Shown one piece after another: positions 27,103 through 35,531 of a stretch of 64,000 nt of DNA (its first letter is position 1; each line of letters starts with the position of its first letter). Made by a program: the position numbers and the translations under genes. A model generated the notes under the pieces. The model saw only the letters and a list, made by a program, of their open reading frames with translations. It had not been told where the DNA came from and did not search any database. Origin of the DNA: an uncultured Solirubrobacterales bacterium (lineage in GTDB: Bacteria; Actinomycetota; Thermoleophilia; Solirubrobacterales; JBBDJG01); assembly GCA_963816975.1 (NCBI GenBank), contig CAWFMD010000006.1, positions 1,374,465 to 1,438,464 on the forward strand, in the 5' to 3' direction.

Positions 27103-27485
27103 TGACCAACGCCGAGCCGGCACGGCGCGAGGGCGGCGGGCCCGGCCCCGAGATCATGCGGCTGCTGGAGCAGGCCCTGAAGCCCGTGGAGCCCCCGGCC
27201 GGGTTCCTGGGCCAGCTGGAGGGCCGTCTCGCCAACGTCGAGGCCGCGGCGCTCGAAGCGCTCGGGGAGGTCCGCGACTGGGAGCTGGACGCGATCCGGG
27301 ACCCGCGCAACTGGGTCCGGCCGGTCGCCGCGGTGGCGGTCGGCACGGCCGCGGGCGCCGCGCTGGTCGTGCTCGGCCTGCGCTCGCGCCGCCGGCGCAC
27401 GAGCGGCCTGCGGGGAATCGCGGAGCAGAGCGGCAAGGTGGCGAACGAGGCTTTCTCGTCCGCCCGCGGACTGATCCGTCAATGA
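27102..27485 (+). CDS. Putative anti-sigma factor / membrane protein coupled to the ECF sigma gene
   Basis: ATG 27102 overlaps the sigma gene TGA by 1 nt. 127 aa with one TM segment near the C-terminus (VAAVAVGTAAGAALVVLGL). No HxxxCxxC zinc motif. Confidence 0.5.
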   Translation: MTNAEPARREGGGPGPEIMRLLEQALKPVEPPAGFLGQLEGRLANVEAAALEALGEVRDWELDAIRDPRNWVRPVAAVAVGTAAGAALVVLGLRSRRRRTSGLRGIAEQSGKVANEAFSSARGLIRQ

Positions 27486-27687
27486 AAGCGGGCATGCCGG
27501 GGGCCCCGGCCCCCCGCGCGGCGCTGAAAATGATTGGGCAGCCGCCCCCTTCTTTGCTAGCTTTGACCCCGTCGGATGAGCGACGACCTTCCTCGAAGTC
27601 CCGGCGGACATAGCGCCGCCACGAAGGGCGAGCACTCGCCGGGACGAGCGGCGCGCAAGGCGCGCGTGCTGAGCTAGTCAGGAGCAT

Positions 27688-29019
27688 TTGACTGCGCTCC
27701 TCCTAGTCCTGCTGCTACTGCTGATCCTGCTGAACGGATTCTTCGTCGCTGCGGAGTTCGCGCTGGTTCGCGCACGGCGCACGCGCATGGAGGAGGCGGC
27801 GGGCGAGGGCTCGGGCAGCGCAAAGCGCGCGCTCCATCAGATGGACCACCTGAGCGAGTACCTGTCTGCCGCCCAGGTCGGAATCACGTTCACGTCGATC
27901 GGGCTCGGTTTCCTCGGTGAGCCGGCGATCGCGAGCTTGCTCGAGCCGGCGCTCGGTGGCGCCCTGGGCCACGGCGCGTCCGTCGCGATCTCCGTCGCGA
28001 TCGCCTATCTGTTCGTCACGTCTGCACACGTGATCGTCGGTGAGCAGGCGCCGAAGATGACAGCCATCACCCATGCCGAGCGGATCGCGCGCTTGTGCGC
28101 CCGTCCGCTGGAGTGGTTTCGGATCGGTCTCCACCCGGTCATCTGGGTGCTCAACAACGCGTCGAACTTCGTCGTCAAGCGGATCCTGCGAATCGACGTC
28201 GAGAGCGACGGCGAGGCCGCCACCGCCGAGGAGCTGCGGGTGCTGATCGGGCGCGGCGAGCGCTACGGTGAGCTCGACCCGAACGAGGCGGGCATGTTGG
28301 AGGGCGTGTTCCACCTCCACGAGCAGGAGGCGCGCCAGGTGATGACCCCGACGCCGGCGCTGGTAACCGTGAACAGCGAAGACACCGTCGAGACCGGACT
28401 GCGGCGCTGCATCACGTCCGGTCACACACGCCTGGTGGTGATCGAGGACGACAATGCGGATCGCGTGCGCGGAGTCGTGCACTCCAACCGCTTGGCGCAG
28501 ATCTTGATCGGCGAGGGACCGGAGGCGCCGCTCGCGCCGCTCGTGCGCGAGCCGCTGATCATGCCCGAGACGAAGCCGCTCGACGACCTGCTGGCCGACA
28601 TGCAGCGCCAGCGGACGTCGCTGGCCGTGATCGTCGACGAGTTCGGCCGCACGGCCGGGATCGTCACGATCGAGGACATCATCGAGGAGATCGTGGGGGA
28701 GATCGTCGACGAGACCGACCCGATGCTGTCATCGATCCGCCGCCTCGTGAACGGCGACTGGTTCGTGCGGGGTCATGTCTCGCTGGGCGACCTCGAGGAC
28801 GCCGGCATCCGCCTGCCCGTCGACTCCGACGCCTACACCTCGGTGGGCGGATATGTGTTCGGCCAGCTCGGGCGCCTGCCAAAGCGCGGCGATCAGATCA
28901 GCGCCAACGGGTACCTGATTCGCGTCGAGTCGGTGCGGGAGAACCGGGTCGAGGCGGTGCGGATCCACCCGACGGCGCCCGCGGCCCAGGGCCGCAGCGC
29001 GGCCCCGCGGGAGCCCTGA
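27688..29019 (+). CDS. CNNM/CorC/TlyC-family transporter-associated protein (DUF21-CBS pair-CorC_HlyC)
   Basis: LLNGFFVAAEFALVRARRTR (DUF21 start), CBS pair region, C-terminal CorC_HlyC-like domain. AGGAG lies 4-5 nt before TTG 27688. Confidence 0.9.
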   Translation: MTALLLVLLLLLILLNGFFVAAEFALVRARRTRMEEAAGEGSGSAKRALHQMDHLSEYLSAAQVGITFTSIGLGFLGEPAIASLLEPALGGALGHGASVAISVAIAYLFVTSAHVIVGEQAPKMTAITHAERIARLCARPLEWFRIGLHPVIWVLNNASNFVVKRILRIDVESDGEAATAEELRVLIGRGERYGELDPNEAGMLEGVFHLHEQEARQVMTPTPALVTVNSEDTVETGLRRCITSGHTRLVVIEDDNADRVRGVVHSNRLAQILIGEGPEAPLAPLVREPLIMPETKPLDDLLADMQRQRTSLAVIVDEFGRTAGIVTIEDIIEEIVGEIVDETDPMLSSIRRLVNGDWFVRGHVSLGDLEDAGIRLPVDSDAYTSVGGYVFGQLGRLPKRGDQISANGYLIRVESVRENRVEAVRIHPTAPAAQGRSAAPREP

Positions 29020-29046
29020 CCGCCGCCACTGCGGTTCCGCGAGTCC

Positions 29047-29065
29047 GTCCGCAGGCCTCTCTAGC
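29047..29065. repeat. Left arm of a 19-nt inverted repeat (GTCCGCAGGCCTCTCTAGC)
   Basis: Reverse complement of 29417..29435 with one mismatch. The arms bracket the small ORF 29113..29421. Confidence 0.7.
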
Positions 29066-29112
29066 TTGGCGGGCGTTGATCCTATGCCGACCCCGGGGGT
29101 GGCCTCAGGCCC

Positions 29113-29421
29113 ATGTGGTGCGCACGCTTCACCGATAGCCAGCTGGAGACCCTGAAGGATCTGATCCGGATCCAGGGAGAGATCGGTTCCGACCTCGAGG
29201 GCGCCCTGGAGGCTTTGGAGCTTGCCCGCTGGGACGACCTCCCCGAGGCGCAGCTTCCGTGGCCCCAGGTGATCGAGCTGGCCCAGCGCCAGGGCATCAG
29301 CGAGGCGGACGTCGTGTGGGACATGTCCGGGCGCCGCAAGGAGCCGGCCGCCCCGCGCGTGCGCAAGGCACGCAAGCCCGGGACGCGGGCGCCCAAGCGA
29401 GCCCGCAAGGCCGCCGGCTAG
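29113..29421 (+). CDS. Small hypothetical protein: acidic helical N-part with Lys/Arg/Pro/Ala-rich basic tail
   Basis: 102 aa, mostly high third-position GC. Tail RRKEPAAPRVRKARKPGTRAPKRARKAAG. No family recognised. Confidence 0.5.
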   Translation: MWCARFTDSQLETLKDLIRIQGEIGSDLEGALEALELARWDDLPEAQLPWPQVIELAQRQGISEADVVWDMSGRRKEPAAPRVRKARKPGTRAPKRARKAAG

Positions 29422-29435
29422 AGACGCCTGCGGAC
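29417..29435. repeat. Right arm of the 19-nt inverted repeat (GCTAGAGACGCCTGCGGAC)
   Basis: Pairs with 29047..29065 (18 of 19 positions). Contains the TAG stop of the small ORF. Confidence 0.7.
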
Positions 29436-29465
29436 TACGCAGATCCGGCGCCGCATGAGCCGTCC

Positions 29466-30305
29466 TCAGTAGTCGTAGAAGCCGGCGCCGGACTTGCGGC
29501 CCAGGCGCCCTTCGCCGACCAGTTCCTTGACGCGGCCGGGAGGCCGGTGCGCGGCGTCCCCCGTGTCCGCGTAGAGCGCCTCGCCGATTGCCGCGGCGAC
29601 GTCGATGCCGATCAGGTCCAGCAGCTGGAGCGGGCCCATCGGGTGCGAGGCGCCGAGCCTCATGCAGGCGTCGACCTGCTGCGGCTCCATTCCCGTGCGC
29701 TCGAGCAGCCGGACCGCGTCGAACAGGTACGGGAAGAGCAGCCGGTTGACCACGAATCCCGGCTCGTCGGGCACCTCGACGGGGGTCTTGCCGATGGCCT
29801 CGCAAAAGGCCGTCGCGCGAGTCCGCACCGGCCCGTCCGCGGTCGCGGGGAAGCACAGCTCGACGAGCTTCATCCTGGCCACCGGGTTGAAGACGTGCAG
29901 GCCGAAGAATCGCGCCGGGTCACCGCTCACGTCCGCAAGCCGGCCGATGCCGAGCGAGGACGTGGTCGTGGCGAGCAGCGCGTGGGGCGCCAGCAGGGCG
30001 CGCAGGGAGGGGAGCAGCTCGTGCTTCAGCGCCGGCTGCTCCGCGACCGCCTCGACCACGAGTGTCGCGTCGGCAAGCACATCCCGGTCAGTCGTGACGG
30101 TCAGCTGCTGTCCGTGCCTGTGGCTCAGGGCCTTGCGCGCGCGCCGTGCCGAGTCATCGCTGCGGGCCCACATCACGACGTCGCCGCCGTGTCCCATCAC
30201 GCAGGCCGCAAGCCCGCATGCGATCGTGCCCGAGCCCACGATGGCCACGCGCTCGGGAAAGGTCTGGAAGGCCGTGCCGCGGTCGCCCGCCCCTGGTTGA
30301 CTCAT
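29466..30305 (-). CDS. 3-hydroxyacyl-CoA (3-hydroxybutyryl-CoA) dehydrogenase
   Basis: VAIVGSGTIACGLA Rossmann motif, central HVFNPV block, C-terminal GRKSGAGFYDY. Confidence 0.9.
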   Translation of the reverse strand: MSQPGAGDRGTAFQTFPERVAIVGSGTIACGLAACVMGHGGDVVMWARSDDSARRARKALSHRHGQQLTVTTDRDVLADATLVVEAVAEQPALKHELLPSLRALLAPHALLATTTSSLGIGRLADVSGDPARFFGLHVFNPVARMKLVELCFPATADGPVRTRATAFCEAIGKTPVEVPDEPGFVVNRLLFPYLFDAVRLLERTGMEPQQVDACMRLGASHPMGPLQLLDLIGIDVAAAIGEALYADTGDAAHRPPGRVKELVGEGRLGRKSGAGFYDY

Positions 30306-30312
30306 GAGTCAA
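30297..30312. promoter_or_regulatory. Perfect 16-bp palindrome TTGACTCATGAGTCAA (candidate operator) in the divergent beta-oxidation promoter region
   Basis: Self-complementary 16-mer centred on the ATG of the 3-hydroxyacyl-CoA dehydrogenase gene, 103 nt upstream of the thiolase ATG. Related site at 39805..39824. Confidence 0.45.
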
Positions 30313-30414
30313 TGAAGTAACATAGCCGCTGCACGAGGCACCAAAACTTTCGCCGCGCCGAAGCTCCCCGAATGGACGTCGGAAGCGGCCGGCACGACAA
30401 TCGGAGGCGCACCG

Positions 30415-31599
30415 ATGCAGAACGGGACTGGCCGGGAAGTCGTGATCGTCGAGGCTGCACGCACACCGATCGGGCGCGGCCACCCCGAGAAGGGCTACTA
30501 CAAGAACACCCACCCGAACGAACTGCTCGGCAGGGCGTTCTCGGCCGTGATCGAGCGCTCCGGGATCCCGGCCCAGGACGTCGAGGACGTGATCACCGGC
30601 TGCGTCCAACAGCTCGGGGAGCAGGGCTTCAACGTCGGCCGCAACGCCTGGCTGCAGGCGGGCCTCCCGATCACCACCCCGGCAACCACCGTCGACCGCC
30701 AGTGCGGCTCGGCGCAGCAGGCGGTGAACTTCGGCGCCGCCCTGGTTGCGTCCGGCGTGCACGACGTCGTGATCGGCGGCGGCGTCGAGCACATGGGCCA
30801 CATCCCGATGGGCGTCACCTTCAACTTCGTGGACCAGGTCGGCTCCCCGTGGCCGGACGAGCTGATGGCCCGCTACAACCTCGTCCCGCAGGGCATCTCG
30901 GCCGAGATGATCGCCGACCAGTGGGAGATCCCGCGCTCCGAGCTGGACGAGCTGGGGCTGCGTTCCCACCGCAACGCCGCGCGCGCCACGGAGGAGGGCC
31001 GCTTCGAGCGCGAGACGATCCCGATGACCGTGAAGATGAACGGTTCGGAGGAGACCGTCGTGGCCGATCAGGGCATCCGCCCCGACACCAGCCTCGAGCA
31101 GCTGTCCCAGCTGAAGCCGGCGTTCAAGCAGGACGGCAAGGTGACGGCCGGCAACGCGAGCCAGATCTCCGACGGCGCCGCCGCGGTGCTGCTGATGACG
31201 CGCGAGAAGGCTGACGCATACGGCCTCAAGCCGCGCGCCCGCATCCTCGACCAGACCACGGTCGGGGTGGACCCGGTGATCATGCTGACCGGCCCGATCC
31301 CGGCAACCCACAAGCTGCTGGAGCGCAACAAGATGAAGATCGACGACATCGACCTGATCGAGATCAACGAGGCGTTCGCGTCCGTCGTCGCGGCCTGGCG
31401 GCGCGAGCTCGAGCCCGACATGGACCGCGTCAACGTGAACGGTGGCGCGATCGCGCTCGGGCACCCGCTCGGGTCGACCGGCGCACGCCTGATCACGACG
31501 CTGCTGCACGAGCTCGAGCGCACGGACAAGGAGATCGGCCTCGTGACGATGTGCTGTGGTGGAGGCCTCGGCACGGGCACGCTGATCCAGCGCGTCTGA
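30415..31599 (+). CDS. Acetyl-CoA C-acyltransferase (thiolase)
   Basis: VVIVEAARTPIGRG start, active-site region VDRQCGSAQQA, C-terminal NVNGGAIALGHPLGSTGARL and MCCGGGLG. Confidence 0.95.
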   Translation: MQNGTGREVVIVEAARTPIGRGHPEKGYYKNTHPNELLGRAFSAVIERSGIPAQDVEDVITGCVQQLGEQGFNVGRNAWLQAGLPITTPATTVDRQCGSAQQAVNFGAALVASGVHDVVIGGGVEHMGHIPMGVTFNFVDQVGSPWPDELMARYNLVPQGISAEMIADQWEIPRSELDELGLRSHRNAARATEEGRFERETIPMTVKMNGSEETVVADQGIRPDTSLEQLSQLKPAFKQDGKVTAGNASQISDGAAAVLLMTREKADAYGLKPRARILDQTTVGVDPVIMLTGPIPATHKLLERNKMKIDDIDLIEINEAFASVVAAWRRELEPDMDRVNVNGGAIALGHPLGSTGARLITTLLHELERTDKEIGLVTMCCGGGLGTGTLIQRV

Positions 31600-31606
31600 G
31601 GCGCCG

Positions 31607-32779
31607 GTGGACCTGACCCTGAGTCCCAGCGAGGAGGCCTTCCGCGACGAGGTGCGCTCGTGGCTGGCCGAGCATCACCCGGGCGCGGCCCCCGAGGACG
31701 AGAACGAGGCGTTCGAGTTCGCGCGCCGCTGGCAGCGCAAGCTGCACGACGGCGGCTGGGCCGGCGTCTCGTGGCCGGAGCAGTACGGCGGCCGTGGCGC
31801 CACGCTGATCGAGCAGGCGATCTTCTACGAGGAGATGGTGCGCGCCAAGGCGCCCCGAATCGCGAACGTCCTCGGTCTCGTGATGGGCGGCCCCGTCGTG
31901 ATCACGCACGGCACGGACGCGCAGAAGCAGCGCTACCTCGAGCCGATCCTGTCGGCCGAGGAGATCTGGTGCCAGGGATTCTCCGAGCCGGAGGCAGGCT
32001 CCGACCTGGCGTCCTTGAAGACCCGCGCCGTGAAGCGCGACGGCGGCTGGGTCGTGTCGGGGCAGAAGGTCTGGACCACCCTTGCCCACGAGGCGAAGTG
32101 GTGCATGCTCGTGGCGCGCACCGACCCGGACGCGCCCAAGCACCAGGGCCTCACCTACTTCCTGATGGACATGGAGCAGGACGGCGTCGAGGTCAAGCCG
32201 CTCGTGCAGATCACGGGCGAGGCCGAGTTCAACGAGATCTTCATGGACGAGGCCTACATCCCCGACGACAACGTCGTGGGTGGGGTGGGCAACGGCTGGA
32301 GCGTCGCGATCACGACCTTGATGAACGAGCGCGCCGGCCTCGCGTTCGCCGCCCAGGCGGCACTCGAGCTGGCGATGAGCAGGGCGATCGCGCTTGTGAA
32401 CACGACGTCGCGCAACGGCGGCCCGATTTCCGAGGACCCGGTGGTGCGCGACCGCCTCTCCCAGCTGTTCATCGAGTCCGAGATCTTTCGCGTGACGAAC
32501 CTCCGGGGGCTCACGAAGATCATGAAGAACGGCGTGCCGGGTCCCGAGGGTTCGCTCGGGAAGTGGCACTGGGCCGAGATCAATCAGCACCTGATGGAGC
32601 TGGTGATGGAGATCGAGGGCCCGTACTCGCAGTTCGCCGACGGCTCGCACCACTCGCTCGGCGGAGACTGGCAGTACCAGTACCTGCGCACCCGCGCAAA
32701 CTCCATCGAGGGCGGCACCACGGACATCCTCAAGAACATCGTCGCCGAGCGGGTCCTGGGCCTGCCGAAGCTCAGATAG
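31607..32779 (+). CDS. Acyl-CoA dehydrogenase family protein
   Basis: WCQGFSEPEAGSDLASL, GQKVWTT and C-terminal IEGGTTDILKNIVAERVLGLP. GTG start. Confidence 0.9.
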   Translation: MDLTLSPSEEAFRDEVRSWLAEHHPGAAPEDENEAFEFARRWQRKLHDGGWAGVSWPEQYGGRGATLIEQAIFYEEMVRAKAPRIANVLGLVMGGPVVITHGTDAQKQRYLEPILSAEEIWCQGFSEPEAGSDLASLKTRAVKRDGGWVVSGQKVWTTLAHEAKWCMLVARTDPDAPKHQGLTYFLMDMEQDGVEVKPLVQITGEAEFNEIFMDEAYIPDDNVVGGVGNGWSVAITTLMNERAGLAFAAQAALELAMSRAIALVNTTSRNGGPISEDPVVRDRLSQLFIESEIFRVTNLRGLTKIMKNGVPGPEGSLGKWHWAEINQHLMELVMEIEGPYSQFADGSHHSLGGDWQYQYLRTRANSIEGGTTDILKNIVAERVLGLPKLR

Positions 32780-32824
32780 GGCCGGCAATGAGCACGCTCA
32801 TTACCGGGTCTGGAGAGGGATGAC

Positions 32825-33970
32825 GTGAACTTCGACCTAACCGACGAGCAACAGATGCTGCAGGCCGCGGCGCGGGAGTTCCTCGCGGCGCGGTTGAAGT
32901 CCGAGCGGATCAGGGAGCTCGCCGAGTCCGACGACGCATTCAGCGAGGACCTGTGGCGCGAGATCAGCGATCTCAACTGGCCGGGTCTGATGATCTCGGA
33001 GCAGTACGGAGGACAGGGGCTGGGCACGGTGGAGCTGGCGGTGCTGATGGAGCAGCTCGGCTACGCACTCACGCCGGGGCCGATCCTCTCCAGCATCCTG
33101 GCCGGGATCGCGCTCGAGACCGCGGCCACCGAGGAGCAGAAGGAGCGCTACCTCGCGCCCCTCGCCACCGGCGAGCAGCGGGCGTCGCTGGCGCTCTGGG
33201 ACGCGGGGGCGGGCTGGTCGCCGAACGACATCACGCTGGAGCCCGAGGAAGCGAGCGGCGGCTACGTGCTGCGCGGCGAGAAGCTGTTCGTGATGGACGC
33301 CGCCCGGGCCGACTTCCTGATCGTCGGCGCGACGGGCGACCGACGGTTCATCGTCGCGCGCGACGCCGACGGCGTTTCGATCGCTCCCACCGAGACCATC
33401 GATGCGACCCGCAAGCAGTACGCCGTCAAGCTCGATGGTGTGCAGGTCTCAGCCGACGCGGCGTTCGGCGGTGACGGTGCGCTGGCCCCCGCGCGGGTGC
33501 GCGCTTTCACGGCGGTCGCGGCCGAGCTCACGGGAGTCGCCCAGCGCGCCATGGAGATGGCGGTCGAATACGCCAAGGAGCGCAAGCAGTTCGGCCGGCC
33601 GATCGGCTCCTACCAGGCCGTCTCGCACCGCTGCGCGCAGATGCTGCTGGAGACGGAGGCGGCGCGGTCGGCGGCCTACTACGCGGCCTGGGCGGCGGAC
33701 AACGAGCCCGAGACCGCCCCGCTCGCGGCGTCGATGGCGAAGGCGTATGCATCCGACGCCGGCGTCCGCGTCACGAACGCCTCGCTGCAGGTCCATGGCG
33801 GCATCGGGTTCACGTGGGAGCACGACCTGCACTTCTTCCTGAAGCGGGCCGCTGCCGACGCTGTGATGTTCGGCGACGCGCGCTGGCATCGCGAGCAGGT
33901 CGCGCGGATGGTGATCGACTCCCCCGGCGTCGGGGCCTCCGAGCCGACCGTGGTCGCGGCCGCGACCTAG
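32825..33970 (+). CDS. Acyl-CoA dehydrogenase family protein
   Basis: FDLTDEQQMLQAAAREF, YAKERKQFGRPIGSYQAV and LQVHGGIGFTWEHDLH. Confidence 0.9.
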   Translation: MNFDLTDEQQMLQAAAREFLAARLKSERIRELAESDDAFSEDLWREISDLNWPGLMISEQYGGQGLGTVELAVLMEQLGYALTPGPILSSILAGIALETAATEEQKERYLAPLATGEQRASLALWDAGAGWSPNDITLEPEEASGGYVLRGEKLFVMDAARADFLIVGATGDRRFIVARDADGVSIAPTETIDATRKQYAVKLDGVQVSADAAFGGDGALAPARVRAFTAVAAELTGVAQRAMEMAVEYAKERKQFGRPIGSYQAVSHRCAQMLLETEAARSAAYYAAWAADNEPETAPLAASMAKAYASDAGVRVTNASLQVHGGIGFTWEHDLHFFLKRAAADAVMFGDARWHREQVARMVIDSPGVGASEPTVVAAAT

Positions 33971-35478
33971 CGCGCGCGCTTGGCGGGCTTGGCCCGCGCG
34001 AGGTAGCGCTGGCCGGCGCGCACGGTGACGGTCTTGTGTTTGGCGATGTCGCGCACCTTGACCACGCCGCTGGTGACGCGCGTGAGGGTGCCGGCGCACC
34101 TGTCCTCGACCAGCCAGCGGGTGCCGCGCACGGTGGCCGCGCTGCGGCGTCCACGGGTCTTGTAGCGGCCCGTCGCGTTGCCCCACAGGCGGCGGCGGGG
34201 GCGGCGCTTGGCGCTCGCCTGCACGCCCCGGCCCGCGCGGCAGCGGGGCATCTGGCCGGCGAGCCTCAGCTCCACCAGTCCGTTCGCATTTTTGCGTTGC
34301 TGCCCGATGAACCGGCCGCCGTGGAAGACCCCCGACTGGATGCCGCCGGCAGGCGTGGCCGACGCGAGGCTGATGCGGCCCCGGCGCACATCGATCAGGG
34401 AGCCGACCGGCACCTGTGTGGCATCGGTCAGGGGCTTGAGCCGGCCCAGCCGCTTTCCGTGGCGGCGGGCCACCTTCACGACTCCCGAGACGCGCGCGAC
34501 GTTGAGCTCGCGGTAGATGTCGGGCGCGGCAAGCTGCGGTTGCGGCAACCCGGGCAGACCGGGAGAGGTGGTCTGGGGCGCCCGAGTGACGCCGACGGGG
34601 TTGTAGAACAGGCCGCCCGCGGACACCCCGGCCTGGGCGCCGGTGACGGTGTCGACACTGATCAGTCCACCGGATCCGCCGAACGCATCGGGGTCTGCCA
34701 CGAGCGCCGTGCCGGCCTCGGCGAACACACCCGCCGGGTCCTTGAGCGGGCTGCCCGCCGCCACCGGGGCGATGCTGCCGTTGGCGAGGCTGAGCGCCCA
34801 CAGGGACTCTTTCGTGGTGACGAGTACCCGGCCGTCCGGACTCACCGCGATGCCGCGCAGGGCGGAGCCGAACTGCGCTCCGGAGGCGACCTGCGACTGC
34901 ACCCCGGTCGTGGGGTCGATCCTGATCAACCCACCCTTCACGCTGTCCACCTTGGAATCGGCCACATAGATGACGCCGCCGGGCCCGACCGCGACGCCCA
35001 CGGGATCCACCAGCAGGCCATCGGCGCCGATCACCGTCTGGGCGCCGGTGGCCGGCTCGACGCGCACGACCTTGCCGCCCTCGTCGGAAACCAGCAGCGC
35101 GCCGTCGGCGGCGATTGCAACGCCCGTCGGCCTGTAGAAGTACCCCAGCTGAGCCACGACGGTCTGGGTCCCGGTCGTCGCGTCGATCGCCACAATCGCT
35201 CCCTTGCCGAGCGCGTGGCTGTCACTCACGAACAGCGTGCCGTCCGCGCGCGCGACGATCCCGGACGGCTTCTTCAGGTGCCCCTCCTTGGAAAGCAGTG
35301 TCTGGCCGCCCCCCGAGGTGTCGACCCGCACGACGCTGGCGCGCCCTTCGTCGACCACCAGCGCATCCGTGGAGGCGGCGAGCGCGGCGCCGGGCGTGGC
35401 CAGGGCGGCGGCGACCGAGAGCGCGATCGCGACCAGGGTGGCCCGCGGCGAGGGGCCGGGGTGGTGCAGGCTCAGCAC
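33967..35478 (-). CDS. Secreted NHL/beta-propeller repeat protein with C-terminal FecR-like domain
   Basis: GTG 35478, signal peptide (ATLVAIALSVAAALATPGAALA). Repeated units of the type P.G[IV]A....G.L[FL]V[SA]D (PSGIVARADGTLFVSD, PTGVAIAADGALLVSD, PVGVAVGPGGVIYVAD). Basic beta-rich C-terminus (VSGVVKV..VPVGSLIDV..). The upstream part of the track ORF overlaps the next gene and is rejected. Confidence 0.7.
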   Translation of the reverse strand: MLSLHHPGPSPRATLVAIALSVAAALATPGAALAASTDALVVDEGRASVVRVDTSGGGQTLLSKEGHLKKPSGIVARADGTLFVSDSHALGKGAIVAIDATTGTQTVVAQLGYFYRPTGVAIAADGALLVSDEGGKVVRVEPATGAQTVIGADGLLVDPVGVAVGPGGVIYVADSKVDSVKGGLIRIDPTTGVQSQVASGAQFGSALRGIAVSPDGRVLVTTKESLWALSLANGSIAPVAAGSPLKDPAGVFAEAGTALVADPDAFGGSGGLISVDTVTGAQAGVSAGGLFYNPVGVTRAPQTTSPGLPGLPQPQLAAPDIYRELNVARVSGVVKVARRHGKRLGRLKPLTDATQVPVGSLIDVRRGRISLASATPAGGIQSGVFHGGRFIGQQRKNANGLVELRLAGQMPRCRAGRGVQASAKRRPRRRLWGNATGRYKTRGRRSAATVRGTRWLVEDRCAGTLTRVTSGVVKVRDIAKHKTVTVRAGQRYLARAKPAKRAR

Positions 35479-35531
35479 CCTGGTGCTATCGGCCGGCGCG
35501 CATGCGGACTTGAGGCGCGGACGGGCCACGC

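Noticed and set aside
27486-27687. Riboswitch (M-box, yybP-ykoY or similar) in the 200-nt leader of the CNNM/CorC-type gene.
   Set aside because: Only short GC hairpins are visible (GCCGGGG-GC-CCCGGC after the anti-sigma gene, and GCGCGC-AAG-GCGCGC). I could not recognise any conserved riboswitch core. A covariance-model search would be needed.
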